This document shows, in pieces, positions 10,603 through 22,881 of a stretch of DNA of 30,673 nucleotides. The position numbers were made by a program, and so were the translations under genes. The stretch's first letter is position 1; every line of letters starts with the position of its first letter. The stretch is from Trichoplax sp. H2 (Eukaryota): NCBI GenBank assembly GCA_003344405.1, contig NOWV01000246.1:62001-92673 (forward strand), in the 5' to 3' direction. Below the pieces are notes generated by a model. The model was given only the letters and a program-made list of their open reading frames with translations, was not told the DNA's origin and did no database searches.

Positions 10603-13227
10603 TCTGTAACCAATAACGCTGTTACTTAATGTTTGACTGTGATTACTTTCAGAAAAAAAAGACCAAGTTAAAACGACAGCACTGTAAGAGATAACATAAA
10701 CCGATACATTTTTAACTATTCCATGAGGTGGCTGGTTTCCAAAACGAACTGTGAGATTTTGATGAGGGTCGACAGTTATACCAACATTGTTGTAGGAGAA
10801 GACGCGTATAACATAGTGCTTGTCTGGTTGTAATCCAGTTACGATAGTATGGTTAATACTGAAATCTGGCAAGGAAATATTTCGCCGTTGAAATAAACCT
10901 CCGAATGCACTTCTTTCACTTAATATAATGCGATAGCCGAAACCCGGTGCGAAGTGAAACAATCTAGGAACTGATTTCCACCATACCTCAATTCCATTTA
11001 TTTCTTGAGCATATCTTGCTCTCACACTTAATGGAGGATAGCCTGGCGCTTCAAAGTACGTATTATTAATATACAGATATGCTGGTCTACTAGAGCCTAG
11101 TTTATTGACTGCGATAACTGCAACGCGGTAAATATTGAAGGGATAAACTGCAACCATAGCTGATGCTTGCCAAACGGGAATATTATCTTTCAGTAAGTGA
11201 TAATGATGTGAATTAGTAGCAACCAATAACTTATAATATAGCAGCGGGCTGTTGTTCGCCCTGCCAGGGCGCCATGTTATCATGACTGATTTCTTATTAC
11301 CTATTAAGTTATATTGCGTTTCAACTGGTGGTAATGGTGGTCCTTGGATAATAACTTTCCCATCAGCTTTAGCAAATTTGCGTGTACTGCCAGTTGGTAC
11401 AAATGAAATAACCACACAATTATAAGTATTGCTGTCATTGATGGATGCTTCTTGAATGACTAACTTGCTGCTAGTTTCTTTATAAGCCGAAATTTGGACT
11501 GCTCCACTATTTTGTAATTCTTCCCTATCATTATTTTTATACCAATGAACACTTGTAGCCAAACGACGATCTTTATTTATTAAACATGTTAAAGTAATCG
11601 TACTACCGATCGGAGCCTGAATTACTGGTGGTACTACGTTGGCGGTAGTTTCTCGGCACACATTAATCATGACACCTCGACTTTGGGTCTTACCATAAAC
11701 ATTACTAGCAGCGCATTTATATAATCCTTCATCAGTGGTTTTTAATGAATGAATAGTAAATCCAAATCCTTTGACATATGTTATATGATCATTGACATCT
11801 ATATTTACGTAGCGATTATTTTTAATTAATTGCGCTCTGGCTTCTGGAATTCCTTCAGCTACACAATCGATGGAAACGGAATCTCCAATTAACGCTATAA
11901 CTTCTTCACTGGGTACCTTAATTAGAGTTGGTGGACAACCGTGGACATTCAGGTAGGCATTACTTACAATATTGCCAATACTATTCATAGCTATACAAGT
12001 ATACATATTTGCATCTTCGATAATAGCGTTGTGGACGGTTAGATTACCGTTATTTGTAATGGTATATTTGCTACCATTATGGATGCGCTGCGCATTATGG
12101 TACCACAAGTAAATAATATTATCGCCGTCAGCAACGCACTGAAATGTAACGTTGTGAGTAAAGCATGCTTCAGCATTTTTGAGTGGTATCTTCCATTTTG
12201 GCTGTCGAATAACGTTAATATCACATTCTGAGAAATTATGACTATCAATTGAAAAAGCATAGCAGGAGTATGTACCACGAAGATTCGGTTGTATATCTTT
12301 TATTACCAATTCTCGCAAATGATTTTGTATCGCAATCGCAGGATGTGTAGTCAAAATTTGATCATTATATAACCACATGATCTTTGGCAATGGCTTACCA
12401 TAAGCCATACATTCTAACTTGATATTACTGCCAGCTAAGACGGTAGAATCATGTAAAGATTTAACGATGGCAGTTGGTACTCGTAGTAGAGACGGTTGTT
12501 GCGTGAAATTCAGTCGTTGCCACTGCCCGTAAACGTTAATATTAACAAAGCTGTCATTAGATACAAGGTAAAATGTTTGTGTGACGATACAACGATAAAC
12601 TCCAGCGTCTTTAGATTCAGTAAAACTAAAGTATAAATTGCCATTAGATTTGGATATAAAAATTCGCTCATTTACTATCACTGGATGTTGTTGCTGTTTG
12701 CCTTGATTAGTTACCTCAGACTGACGTACCCATGTAATATTGACAATTGGCGGTATAATTTTAGTTGATGGTAAATTGCAGTTCAGCATGACACCGGACC
12801 CTAACCTTCGGATGGTGTCAGGGAGATTATGAGGAATGGGTACCCTGTTGCCCACATCGACAGTAGCCAACCGACTAACGCTAGTCCCCCATTGATTAGT
12901 AGCAAAACACTGATATTGACCATGATCTCTTCTCGTGGCTGCTAGTATTGTTAAGCTACCATCTATTAATTTTATTCGACTACTGGACGTTATTTCGAAA
13001 CCATTATGTCTCCATCTGTAGCTGATTAAGTCATAACTTCTAGCGCGACATTTTAAGTAGAGAGGTAATCCGATCACAGCAGCTCTACGATCGACATAAT
13101 CCATTGGCTGTAATTCGAATTCTGGTAGTTGAATTCCCCCTTGATGAAGATGAGCACGGTCACTAACAATTAAAATAAAATAAGTTGAAAAATATAGTAA
13201 TGTTGTAGATGCAACTATCGCCTTCAT
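10603..13227 (-). CDS. Non-canonical L1-like paralog; coding exon 1 (signal peptide, 6 Ig, FN3-1, FN3-2, first half of FN3-3)
   Basis: ATG 13227 with a hydrophobic N-terminus. Six Ig domains with paired Cys (e.g. DHGQYQCFATNQWG; NGNLYF in Ig2, typical of L1/contactin). FN3 motifs ITWRPGRANNSPL and YVIRVFSYNNVG. Donor 'GGT TAC AGA|gtaagt' (GT 10602-10601), phase 0. Confidence 0.92.
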
Positions 13228-13321
13228 CGTTTTCTCAATTATTCAGGGCCCAAAAGTTTTCGAGATATTTTCTTCTAGCCAATCGATTTACTTATCGTAA
13301 CTTAAGCCAAAAGTACAAACC

Positions 13322-13675
13322 CTAGGAAGAAGACTCAATATTTAATACTGGTTGGAGCAAGGATAGAAAAAAGTTACATAAAATTATTATCAATCTTTAG
13401 GTAAATAGGTCGCTCTAAGTTCGCACCAGGTTAATGCTGACTTGTAAAAATTACGACCTTTCTACTTATCGCTAGGCTACTGTTCGCAACAAATATTCTA
13501 AATCTCTACTTTAAGTAGTTTATGATTAATCATAAAGTCATCATTTTATCGACGAGGATTTGATATTCTCTTAGTGGAACTACATTTATCTCATGAATTT
13601 GTAACCTTTAGTGTGCAATATTTTAGCGATTATACAAATACGTACATAGTCGGAGTTTTTAAAAAATTAACTTAC
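13322..13675 (-). other. Putative 5'UTR intron of the non-canonical L1-like gene
   Basis: Minus-strand donor 'agcaa|GTAAGT' at 13675 and acceptor 'tcttcttcctAG|' ending at 13322, 95 nt upstream of the ATG. Confidence 0.4.
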
Positions 13676-13921
13676 TTGCTAAACAGTATGATAAAACGTC
13701 TACCACCGTGCCTTTACCAATAATATAATAACGTCATACAGGGCGAAATGTTAAGATGATGGGAATATTGGCAAGGAAACAAGTAAAATAGTGAAGGCGG
13801 CTAAGAAAAAATCTGAATGATCTTGTAAAATATTGAAAAATCTCAGATTAAATTTTCAATAAGCATCTAAATAGATTTCATATCATCATATTGTAGCTTC
13901 AAATACGATCATTTTTTACAG

Positions 13922-14263
13922 GTTAGTCACCAATAGGAAATGTCCACGACTTATTCAGGATTTGTATCGAGGGCAACGGTAAGTATTTGTATTATTGTTA
14001 AGATGTAGAGTAAGATATTCACTTTCTCCGAAAAGCTAAAAAAGGACGACAGTTTGAAGCAATACCTTGCTACAGCGATCAATGTGTTAACGCATCATTC
14101 GCATTGACCTGTGTACTCTGCTACATAAATAAATTTTCCATCACAGGGACCAATACTGCAAAACAAAAACCGCATGGTGTCGTCATTCTATTCGATCCGA
14201 CCAGCATTTTTCTTGAAAGTTCTCGACCAATGAATACCGTTGGTTTGTACGTCCTTCCTACAG
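13922..14263 (+). other. Two candidate mini-exons (13922-13978 and 14147-14263) of an unidentified divergent transcript
   Basis: Both have consensus flanks: 'attttttacag|...aacg|gtaagt' and 'ttttccatcacag|...ctacag|gtaagt'. No recognisable protein. Confidence 0.35.
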
Positions 14264-17200
14264 GTAAGTGGCCACCAAGGAAGAGTAAACATCGGTAAAC
14301 ATGCATGCTATAAAGACGAAAATACGTAGCAAGCTATACTAATTTAATCAAAAACTTCAGTATTGTGACGATATCGATAAGATTTAGTAATTCAATTTCT
14401 GAGTAGTGCATAATTTATGCGAACGCTGTTCATTAATTAATTATTCTAACTTACTTTTTTCCGGAATCGAATCCTAATGCACTCAGTATCTTGTAATGTA
14501 TGATAATATTTTACTATTGCATACTTTAGCTGTGAGTAGACGATATTATGGTGGGTAGCATTAAAATTTGACGGTTAAATTTCTGAAATGCAATATGTTA
14601 CACGCGCCTTCTACAGAATATTTCGTAGTAATGTGCAAGACTGCTCGAAGCATATTTGTATCTTTATGGGAATACTACTTCACTCGAGATAGAAGTTAAG
14701 ATATCATTATCTTAACCAAGTTTAATGATAGGCTACCGTATGCTGAATGTATAGCAATTTGCATTTGGTCAATTTTTGTTATGTTGACTACATGATCACA
14801 AGGAATGATTGCAACACAATTTGAATTTAATCCACTTCTAGACACGTTCCTGAGTTTTTTCTCCTTATTTCTCGGCGACCCGTAATTGCAGTTCCCCGAT
14901 TTAAAAAAAAAAGGGTATTGTTCTGCTGTATGTATGGTATATTTAGTACCTACTGAAGAGATATTAACACAAAAATAAGTCCATACCTTAGTATCAAGGT
15001 ACAATCCGATGAATGTTTAATATCAAAACTATAGTAATTTATTCATGTTTTAAATCACTTAGTTGCCCGCATGTACACGCTATAGATTATGGTTATGTAC
15101 TTGCATTCCATATGTATCTAAATTAAATTACAATTTAACTAGTGTAAACATCGAAAATTTATGCTTAACTTAATTATACATCGGATAGTCATGCTTTTGG
15201 TAATTGCAAATATGACAATGATAGAATGTTTATATTAAATTTAGTAATCTACCATAGACATAATACTGCTGGGCTTTAGTTTTATATGTACCTTAATTAT
15301 TGCCAAAGCTGTTTTCTATTAATATAACTCACTCTATCAAATTAGTATCAGCCGTAGTTTTAGCCAATAATTGCTTTCTTATAAATCTTTTATGACACAG
15401 CGGATATAAGTGAAGGCATAGCGGCTAAAGATTTCCCTGCTATTTATGCTTTTGCATGCAAATACTGTCAGAAGTGCAATATGTATGAAAAATTAATACC
15501 ACCGAAAGGTTTGTAACATCGTGTTACTAGGGATCTTAAGGTGGCTATCTACAGTACCTTAAAACCCGTACATACGAATGTTTAGTTTTATAGAAAACGA
15601 TAGGATACAAATTGAGATGACACAAAGGTAGACTTTTGAGACAGGTGATTGAGCAGCCATAAGGATTCTTTAGTTTACATAATGCAATTCTCATGTGTAT
15701 TGACTTTGTAAAGAAAGTAATTTCTACAAATTTTCGTTTTAAGCTCGTAAGCTAACACGCTAGGCAAAAGGAATTCGTTGTTTCAATCCGAATTGTACAA
15801 ATGAACACATTGTTTATTTGCATGATCATTGCGTACGTAAAATATGAATATAATTATAATTATAACTATTAAAACGACTTTTCCGTCATTATTGTTTTGA
15901 GAGCTAATTACTTTGCAGGCATTATATTATGTTAATGAAGACGCCTTGTGCTGGATACAAATTTCTGTTAAAAAATTTCTTATTAAGGGTATTATTAGGG
16001 ACAAATTTGTTATTTTTTCAGTACGCCATGTATAACTGCTATAATATATCCACATACCAATGCTACCCTATCTGCTATAATTTTATCTTGCATGCTTGTA
16101 ACATAAGATAAGCGTGTAGGGATGATTTTGACTACGTCGCATACTGAATATAGTCATTTAATCGATCTCGCATTCACGGTTTTATTATTTGATACTGTTG
16201 TAGGATGGCTTTCATCATGTTGGCAGCCTCGATCTACTCAAGATTAACCTTATTTCAGATTACTAACTCTTAGACCTATGTAATAGACGCTAATTTAATT
16301 ACCGGAAAATATTAAATAATCACAATGACCATCAAATCATACGTAATACATTTCACGTAATACCAAGTTGTGATGTCGTATGACACTACGGTCTAGACTT
16401 CTGTCATTGGACATAAATACAACATAAATATTTCCTTGAGCACTACGATGCAGTATTAAGGCTATCATAAAGATTCAATGTAAATATACGGTGCATATAC
16501 ATATAAGTGTATACGCTATTAAAGAAGAGGGCACATTTTTGACAGTACTTAAGGTGACTCCGTTGATGATCAGCATTTTTTATTTTTTCCCTCTATAGTA
16601 ACTATCGATCACTTGTACATTTATTGCAACATAGTGATGAAGCTATTGTTAACAAAATTGTCCATTGAATTGCTTTCTGATACCGTATTAAAATATTCGT
16701 TAATAGTGGCTGTATCAGGAAGGTAACTCCGTTCTAGGAAATCCGACTTATTTTTTACTGATAGGTAGCAATCACATAGTGAGCATATAATTCTGTCTAA
16801 GTACATGATTGAAAGTAACGAAAATATCCTTGTAGCACGTATTCCATATTCCAGACGTATGCTGGACCTGATCAACGTAGTGTTTAAATACAAGAATCTA
16901 AATGGATAAAAAATGATTTTACAGGAATTGCCATGTAAAGTTATTGTATATTATACCTAGTTGCAGTTTACGCATTACTTAGTTTTCCTAAATTAAGTAG
17001 CATGTAGCCTTTAGTACGATAATTTCTCCACCAAAATTAATGAAGATTTTTTCCCGGAATATCACGTTAGTTATATAATATAGATTGTGAACCAAATTTC
17101 TTTAAAGATTATCTGAAATTGTCCGACTTAAGACTCAGGTTCTGCACTCGTGTCCGTTGTAGTATATTATTAAAACATTACTTTCCTTTCAAGTGTCAAC

Positions 17201-18613
17201 TGCTAATTTGAGTGAATCGAGCTTGAAAATTATCATTGTAGTCGCAATAGCTTACCCTATCCACTTATTTTTGGGATATGTAAGTGTATTCGTTGATGGA
17301 TTTACTACGTAGTCGAACATTCGGGTTCAAACTGATGTAGCTATATTGCTCTCGTAACCAAGGCAGGCTCAGTACGGAAAATTCGTTTTCGCAGCATATG
17401 AAATCACTTCACACCTAATTGATTCAATTCTAATTTTATATGAAATCAAAACTATGTCAATATGTTGTAAGCCGGAGCGAAAATGTATCTAACATAGGAG
17501 TGAATGTTACTACTTTATTATTAATGTGGTGTGATTTAATTTGGGCGAATAATGTTATACACGGAAACTTTAAAACTGATGATATTCAAACAGTTATTGT
17601 TAAAATCCGAATACACGCAATTCGTGAAAGCCTATGAATTTTTCATAACTGTTATAGCACAGAGCAAAAACTGTTAGGTTTAGTCTTTCAAAAACTATCG
17701 AATATTTTAACATCAGTTATTAGTACCCACGCAAATAACATTAACGTAAGAAAATGATATAATTATAAATTTAAATTATTCCATATTTTGCTTTGTTATA
17801 TATTATAACAGATACGATACTTAGCAAATTTATGTAACTGATGCGTTAGCGAGCGCGACATTTTCATGAATATGTATTACGTAGCATGTGCTAAATATCA
17901 ATAGTTATATAATGAAATCGTAATAGATAAAACCGCTTTCATACACAAAATCAGCGAAGGTTATAAAATGCAATTGTACTATTTGGAATCGTTGCAAAGT
18001 AAATAGTTACTTTTTTTATATGTAAATCCTACCGGAAAAAGTTTCTGTAGATAACTTTATAGCTAGCCTAAATGGCCTACAGTGTTGCAGTTGGTGAATA
18101 ACATAGAAAATGGGGAAGTAATACTTCTCGTATTACTCCTAATTTGGCAAGTCATATAAAGTTAGTAATGTAATAGTATACACATAGGAATAATATTCTG
18201 CTGTCTGCCTTTTGATTATGTAATACGGTATAGCATAAATAAGATTAACATGAGTAATGTACTATTTTATAGTAAATGAAGAAATATTTTACAAAGCCTC
18301 TATAAGAATGCGTAATGCCTTAACTCAATGTTTTGTTGTGGTATTACACAAAATAGTGCATTTAAACATTAACATCGATCATTAACCCTAACGAAATGTC
18401 TTGATATAATCAATAAATTAAGACAATCGTTGTTATCGATCGTTAATGATAAATTACAAAATTGCTGCATTCCTTTAATCGAAGTGAGCATGATATTAAA
18501 TATTCATGTGAAGCGGACATATCATTGTTTATATGTTCCATAATTTCACTTTAAAATTTGTATCATCAGTGAAATAGAAAATCGCTCACTAAGCATAGCT
18601 TTTTATCTCTTTC

Positions 18614-19731
18614 TTATACGAATGTGGAAAATGCGGAATTATTTGGATTTATGGTGCTAGCTGGACTAGCAGGTCGGCTGTGGCGTGGTAACGATGAGGA
18701 ATTTAAATGATTACTGCTGTTATATTGTGATCTGCTTTCGTATTTTGAATCCCCATATTCACCAATGAATGAGCCATCTTCATTGAATTTGGACAAGCCA
18801 GGTAAATCAGCATATTCATCCATACTATCTAAACTTTCTCGATCAATATCAGCTTGCTTAAAATCATTAGAAGTGTATGTTGTGTCGTGGGGCAATGGTG
18901 GTCTTTTGATTGGTATATCATCCATATCCTCGGCCGGTAACGGAGGTATCTCCGGTTTGTCTTCGTCCTGAATGTTGATACGATGTTCTTGATGATGCAA
19001 CGGATAGTGGCCTTTATGTACACCCTGACTCCTTTTCTTATAAGCTGATCGCACCAAAAAGATAATTATTAAAATGACTATTAACCCGCCAACCGCACTA
19101 ACCAAGCCAATAAACCAAGGTTCCTGGTAAAATGGTAAAATTTGCTGCCCCACCTCCGGTTGAGTTTTAGCTTGAATTGCATTGCTTGGCAAGCTATAAG
19201 CATTCCTACTCCTTGCTACAACATGAAACTCATAACTTGTGTCTGCTGTTAAGCGAGTAACGATGGTTCTTCTAGTAGATGGATTTAATAGTAAAGTGAT
19301 ATTTTCGTGTGGCGATGTAGCAGTTGAAAGTCTATACTGTACAATGAATCCATCTAATGGTACTTCTACTACATCCCATTCAATAGTTGCTGTTGTTATT
19401 GTTGTTGTTCCAACCAATCGCAAGTTAGTTGGTGCTTGTGGCCCATTGCCTTGGACGCTTATTTGCGTAGTGCGAGGTACACCATATCCATTGGCATTTC
19501 GAGGCGTTACAGTAAAACGATAGATTCCAGTATTCATATCATAATAGTTGAAAGTAACTTCTGAGCCAATTGTGCGATTACTAATTGTTTTAACGACATT
19601 GCCTTCCACATCTACTATTGCGTAATCCACTTTATAGTGGACAATAGGTCCGTTGGTTACACTCGGTGTTGTCCAAATTAAACGAATTTGGCCTCTAATA
19701 GGTTCCGTTGCGGCAATACTACCTACACTCT
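18614..19731 (-). CDS. L1CAM: L1CAM/neuroglian-type cell adhesion molecule; coding exon 3 (FN3-4, FN3-5, TM, cytoplasmic ankyrin-binding and PDZ-binding motifs)
   Basis: Acceptor 'tgctgcgcag|AG' (AG 19733-19732), phase 1, gives QPVP-E-SVGS. TM FYQEPWFIGLVSAVGGLIVILIIIFLV, then juxtamembrane KKRSQGVHKGHYPL, SLDSMDEY...KFNEDGSFIGEY (18787-18755) and C-terminal STFV. The symbol denotes the family, not one-to-one orthology. Confidence 0.93.
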
Positions 19732-19850
19732 CTGCGCAGCAAATTGATACGGATAAGTTAGTTATACATGTCATTTATTGAATTATACTTGATTTTCCTA
19801 CAGTAACAATATAATGATATTGATAATAAAAATCTTGATATGTTGCTTAC

Positions 19851-20034
19851 CGGGTACAGGCTGTCCTGTGTAGCTCCAAACCATGTCAGAATAAGGTCCA
19901 TCTCCACCTTCAGCGTAGGCATTAACACGGAAGGTATAATTAGCAAATCTTTCCAAATTATTAATAGTGACTTGACTAACATCTCCAAAGACGTTTATTG
20001 AGGCAATAGAGTTGTCGTAGATCCAATGTGAAAC
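19851..20034 (-). CDS. L1CAM: L1CAM/neuroglian-type gene; coding exon 2 (second half of FN3-3), not translated in the correct frame in the ORF track
   Basis: Acceptor 'aattatag|GTT' (AG 20036-20035), donor 'CCC G|gtaagc' (GT 19850-19849). 184 bp, phases 0/1. Hand translation VSHWIYDNSIASINVFGDVSQVTINNLERFANYTFRVNAYAEGGDGPYSDMVWSYTGQPVP is a clear FN3 C-terminal half. Confidence 0.92.
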
Positions 20035-20338
20035 CTATAATTTCAGATAATTGAAGTGAATAATTAATCATACGAATGTAATCAAAAAAGCCTGACTATA
20101 GCAAAGCTACTACTAATTACAGCCTATTTATTTCAATCCTGTCCGCTAGAGTATCGTTATCACAGTTTTGTAACTAATATCTTCAATTCTGATGCCAGTG
20201 TGTAAAACACTATAATTTTACTGGTGCAGTCTGAGTTTTATACTCGGTCAGATAAAATAGTAATATTACGCCGATTAATATCAAACCGCATTAATACATT
20301 ATTTTTATACTTTAAAGCGGGATCACAATATCTCCTAC

Positions 20339-22870
20339 CCTATATCCTGTGGCTGTCGACTGTGTAGAGGTGATTTTATTCCAAACTACGAAGACCCGAT
20401 CAGTACTGATTAAGTAAGCTTTTAAATTTGTTGGAGCTGATGAAGGTGGTGCTATTCCAGTGAAAACCGAGGCGATTGGTGTCTTTATGTTACCTTCACC
20501 AACATCATTATAGGGAACAAGTTGAAATTCATATCTAGTATTTGGCAATAGAGCTGATAAACGAAAGGAGCCGGTGTTCCCTAAAGATCTGGACACCCAT
20601 CCAGTTATACTAGCTTGGGTTCTATAATATAATCGATAACCTATACCAGGTCCGTTTTGATGTTGTCTTGATAGTAGAACCCAAACAATTTGTACTGCGG
20701 TATTTTCATTGGCAATACCAAAAAATCGAACGCTACCAAGACCCTCATACGGCACATCTGTATCCGTAACATGATTAATACTAAGGCTATTTCGACTTAT
20801 ACCGACACCATTGACAGCAGCTACAACGATTTGATAGGTATTCCAAGGTGATAACTGAATACCGCGGTAGGTAGCAGAAACAGGAACATTATTATCAGCA
20901 TCTCTCCAGACGCTAACTGAATTGACTAGATAACGTATGATAAACTTTTGTAATGGGCTATTGTTAGAATTACCCGGCAGCCAAGAAATATACATTGAAC
21001 TTTTAGTTTTATTTCTCGATGAAACATTGAACGGTGGATCTGGTATGTCGTTGATAGTAATAGCAGCCGTTCTAGTACGACGTTCATAACCAACACTTGG
21101 GACTAATGTAGCGATATTACACGCGTAATTACCGCTATCGGCTAAAGTACTGTTCACAAAAGTAAGTATGCTATTTAAGTTAGTAGTTTGAATTACTGCA
21201 CGAGGATTTGTTACATTAGCTCCGTTAATAGTCCAATAAATAGTGGCATCCAAAGTTGAATCTTTTGTAGCATTACAATGCAAAGTGAATGGGCTTGGAC
21301 GGCGGAATGAACGTGAAGTTGGTGAAGTAACAAAGACTGTACTATCTCTTACTACAGCGGTACCACTTGCATCGATACTACCACGAGTATTACTGGCAAT
21401 GCAGCGATAAACTCCGGCATCACTCTGGTTAACGTTACGGATAACCAAATTACCGTTCAAGAGTACAGTGTATTTATTGGTTGTTGCGAGATTTAATGCG
21501 ACATTATCTTTCAGATAGGTCATCTTGGGACGAGGACCTCCATCAACAGTGCATCGAAAAACAGATGATGAACCTTGAAAAAGAATTGTCTCTGGAAGGG
21601 GTCTTGCAATAAAATATGGCTGCGATTCAATAATATTAAGCCATCCTGATGTTACCAAGTTGCTATGAGAATTGGATGCTAAGCATGAATAGACAGCTTT
21701 ATCGCTCTGTTCCAAATAACGAATTAAGAGTGAACCATTATTGTACACATTATATTTACCACTATTTGGGACGACAGCCCCATTTTTGTACCATCTATAT
21801 TGAACATTACTACCACCGGCACGACATGCCCACATGAAATCTGATAATACTGGTTGAGCGGTATCAGTAATACGTAATTCCCATGAGGGATCGATATGAA
21901 TGGTTAATTGAGCCATTTTGGTCATAGGTGTACCACCGTTCATCGCTGTACATGAATAATTTCCGGCATCTTCCTTTCGAAGGTTAGTTATAGTTAACTG
22001 CCTTCCCCATTTATCGAATCGATATCTACCAAAGGGTAATGGGCCTCCTACCTTTTGCCACTGAATTGTAGGTATAGGAAAACCCGTAGCAATGCACTGG
22101 AGTATTACATCGCCGCCAATGTCGATTAGCTGATTGATTGGCCCTTCAGTAATATTAACTGCTTCAGATGAAACTGATTGACCAGTAATATTTACGCTCT
22201 GCCAAGAACCAATGACGGTCGTTGAAGAGATAGTATTACTATCGGGCCTTGAAAGAGGAAATTCTGTTGAACAACGTAATTCTTTAGTGTCATTCGACTT
22301 CGCATAAACAAAATATAAGTTACCCGTAACGATTGAGATTGCAACTCGAGCATTTTCCTCGATACGCTGCGACTTTCGATCACTCCAAAAGATATTTCCC
22401 GGTCTTGGTGTTGTGCTAGGAGGGATAAAACAATCTAAATAGCCGCTTGCATTGGGTTTAATAAATTTATCTTGTGACGAATCTGATAGTGGTGTAAAGC
22501 GAACTTGTAATGTGGCTAGGCGACTAACACTAGTTCCGTATTGATTTGTAGCAAAACACTGATAGCTATTGCTTTCATCAGCCTTAATGACTCCAGTAAA
22601 GGATAAGTTGCCTTCACGCAATTGAACTCGCTGATCAAGCAGAACAGCCTGATTATTGCGTCTCCAAAAGTAAGTGATAGTATCAGGCCCAGTTGCCTTG
22701 CATGGCAGCGTTAAGCCACTATCGTGTGCTAATGAGATTGCACTTACTCCAGAGTAATCGGGTGGTTGAATAGTAAAAGTGGGGGCATTAACACAAGTAA
22801 CTGGCAAAACACTTGCTGCTGTCACTAAGTAAAACAGCAAGATTGTGATGGACGATAATTTAATTGCCAT
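20339..22870 (-). CDS. L1CAM: L1CAM/neuroglian-type gene; coding exon 1 (signal peptide, 6 Ig, FN3-1, FN3-2, first half of FN3-3)
   Basis: Likely ATG at 22870 (MAIKLSSITILLFYLVTAA, signal-like); the upstream ORF extension starts at GTG and runs through an acceptor at 22883-22882. Six Ig domains (YQCFATNQYG, TGNLYF, EDAGNYSC, DKAVYSC, SDAGVYRC, DSGNYAC) and FN3 motifs. Donor 'GGA TAT AGG|gtagga' (GT 20338-20337), phase 0. Confidence 0.93.
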
Positions 22871-22881
22871 ACCTTGAATTA

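Noticed and set aside
19758..19988. 76-aa ORF on - listed in the track
   Set aside because: Wrong frame; the real exon 20034-19851 is read in another frame and encodes an FN3 half.
9652..22383. Short antisense or alternate-frame ORFs overlapping the L1-like exons (9652, 12039, 18765, 18829, 19239, 21649, 22192)
   Set aside because: They overlap well-supported exons and have no independent evidence.
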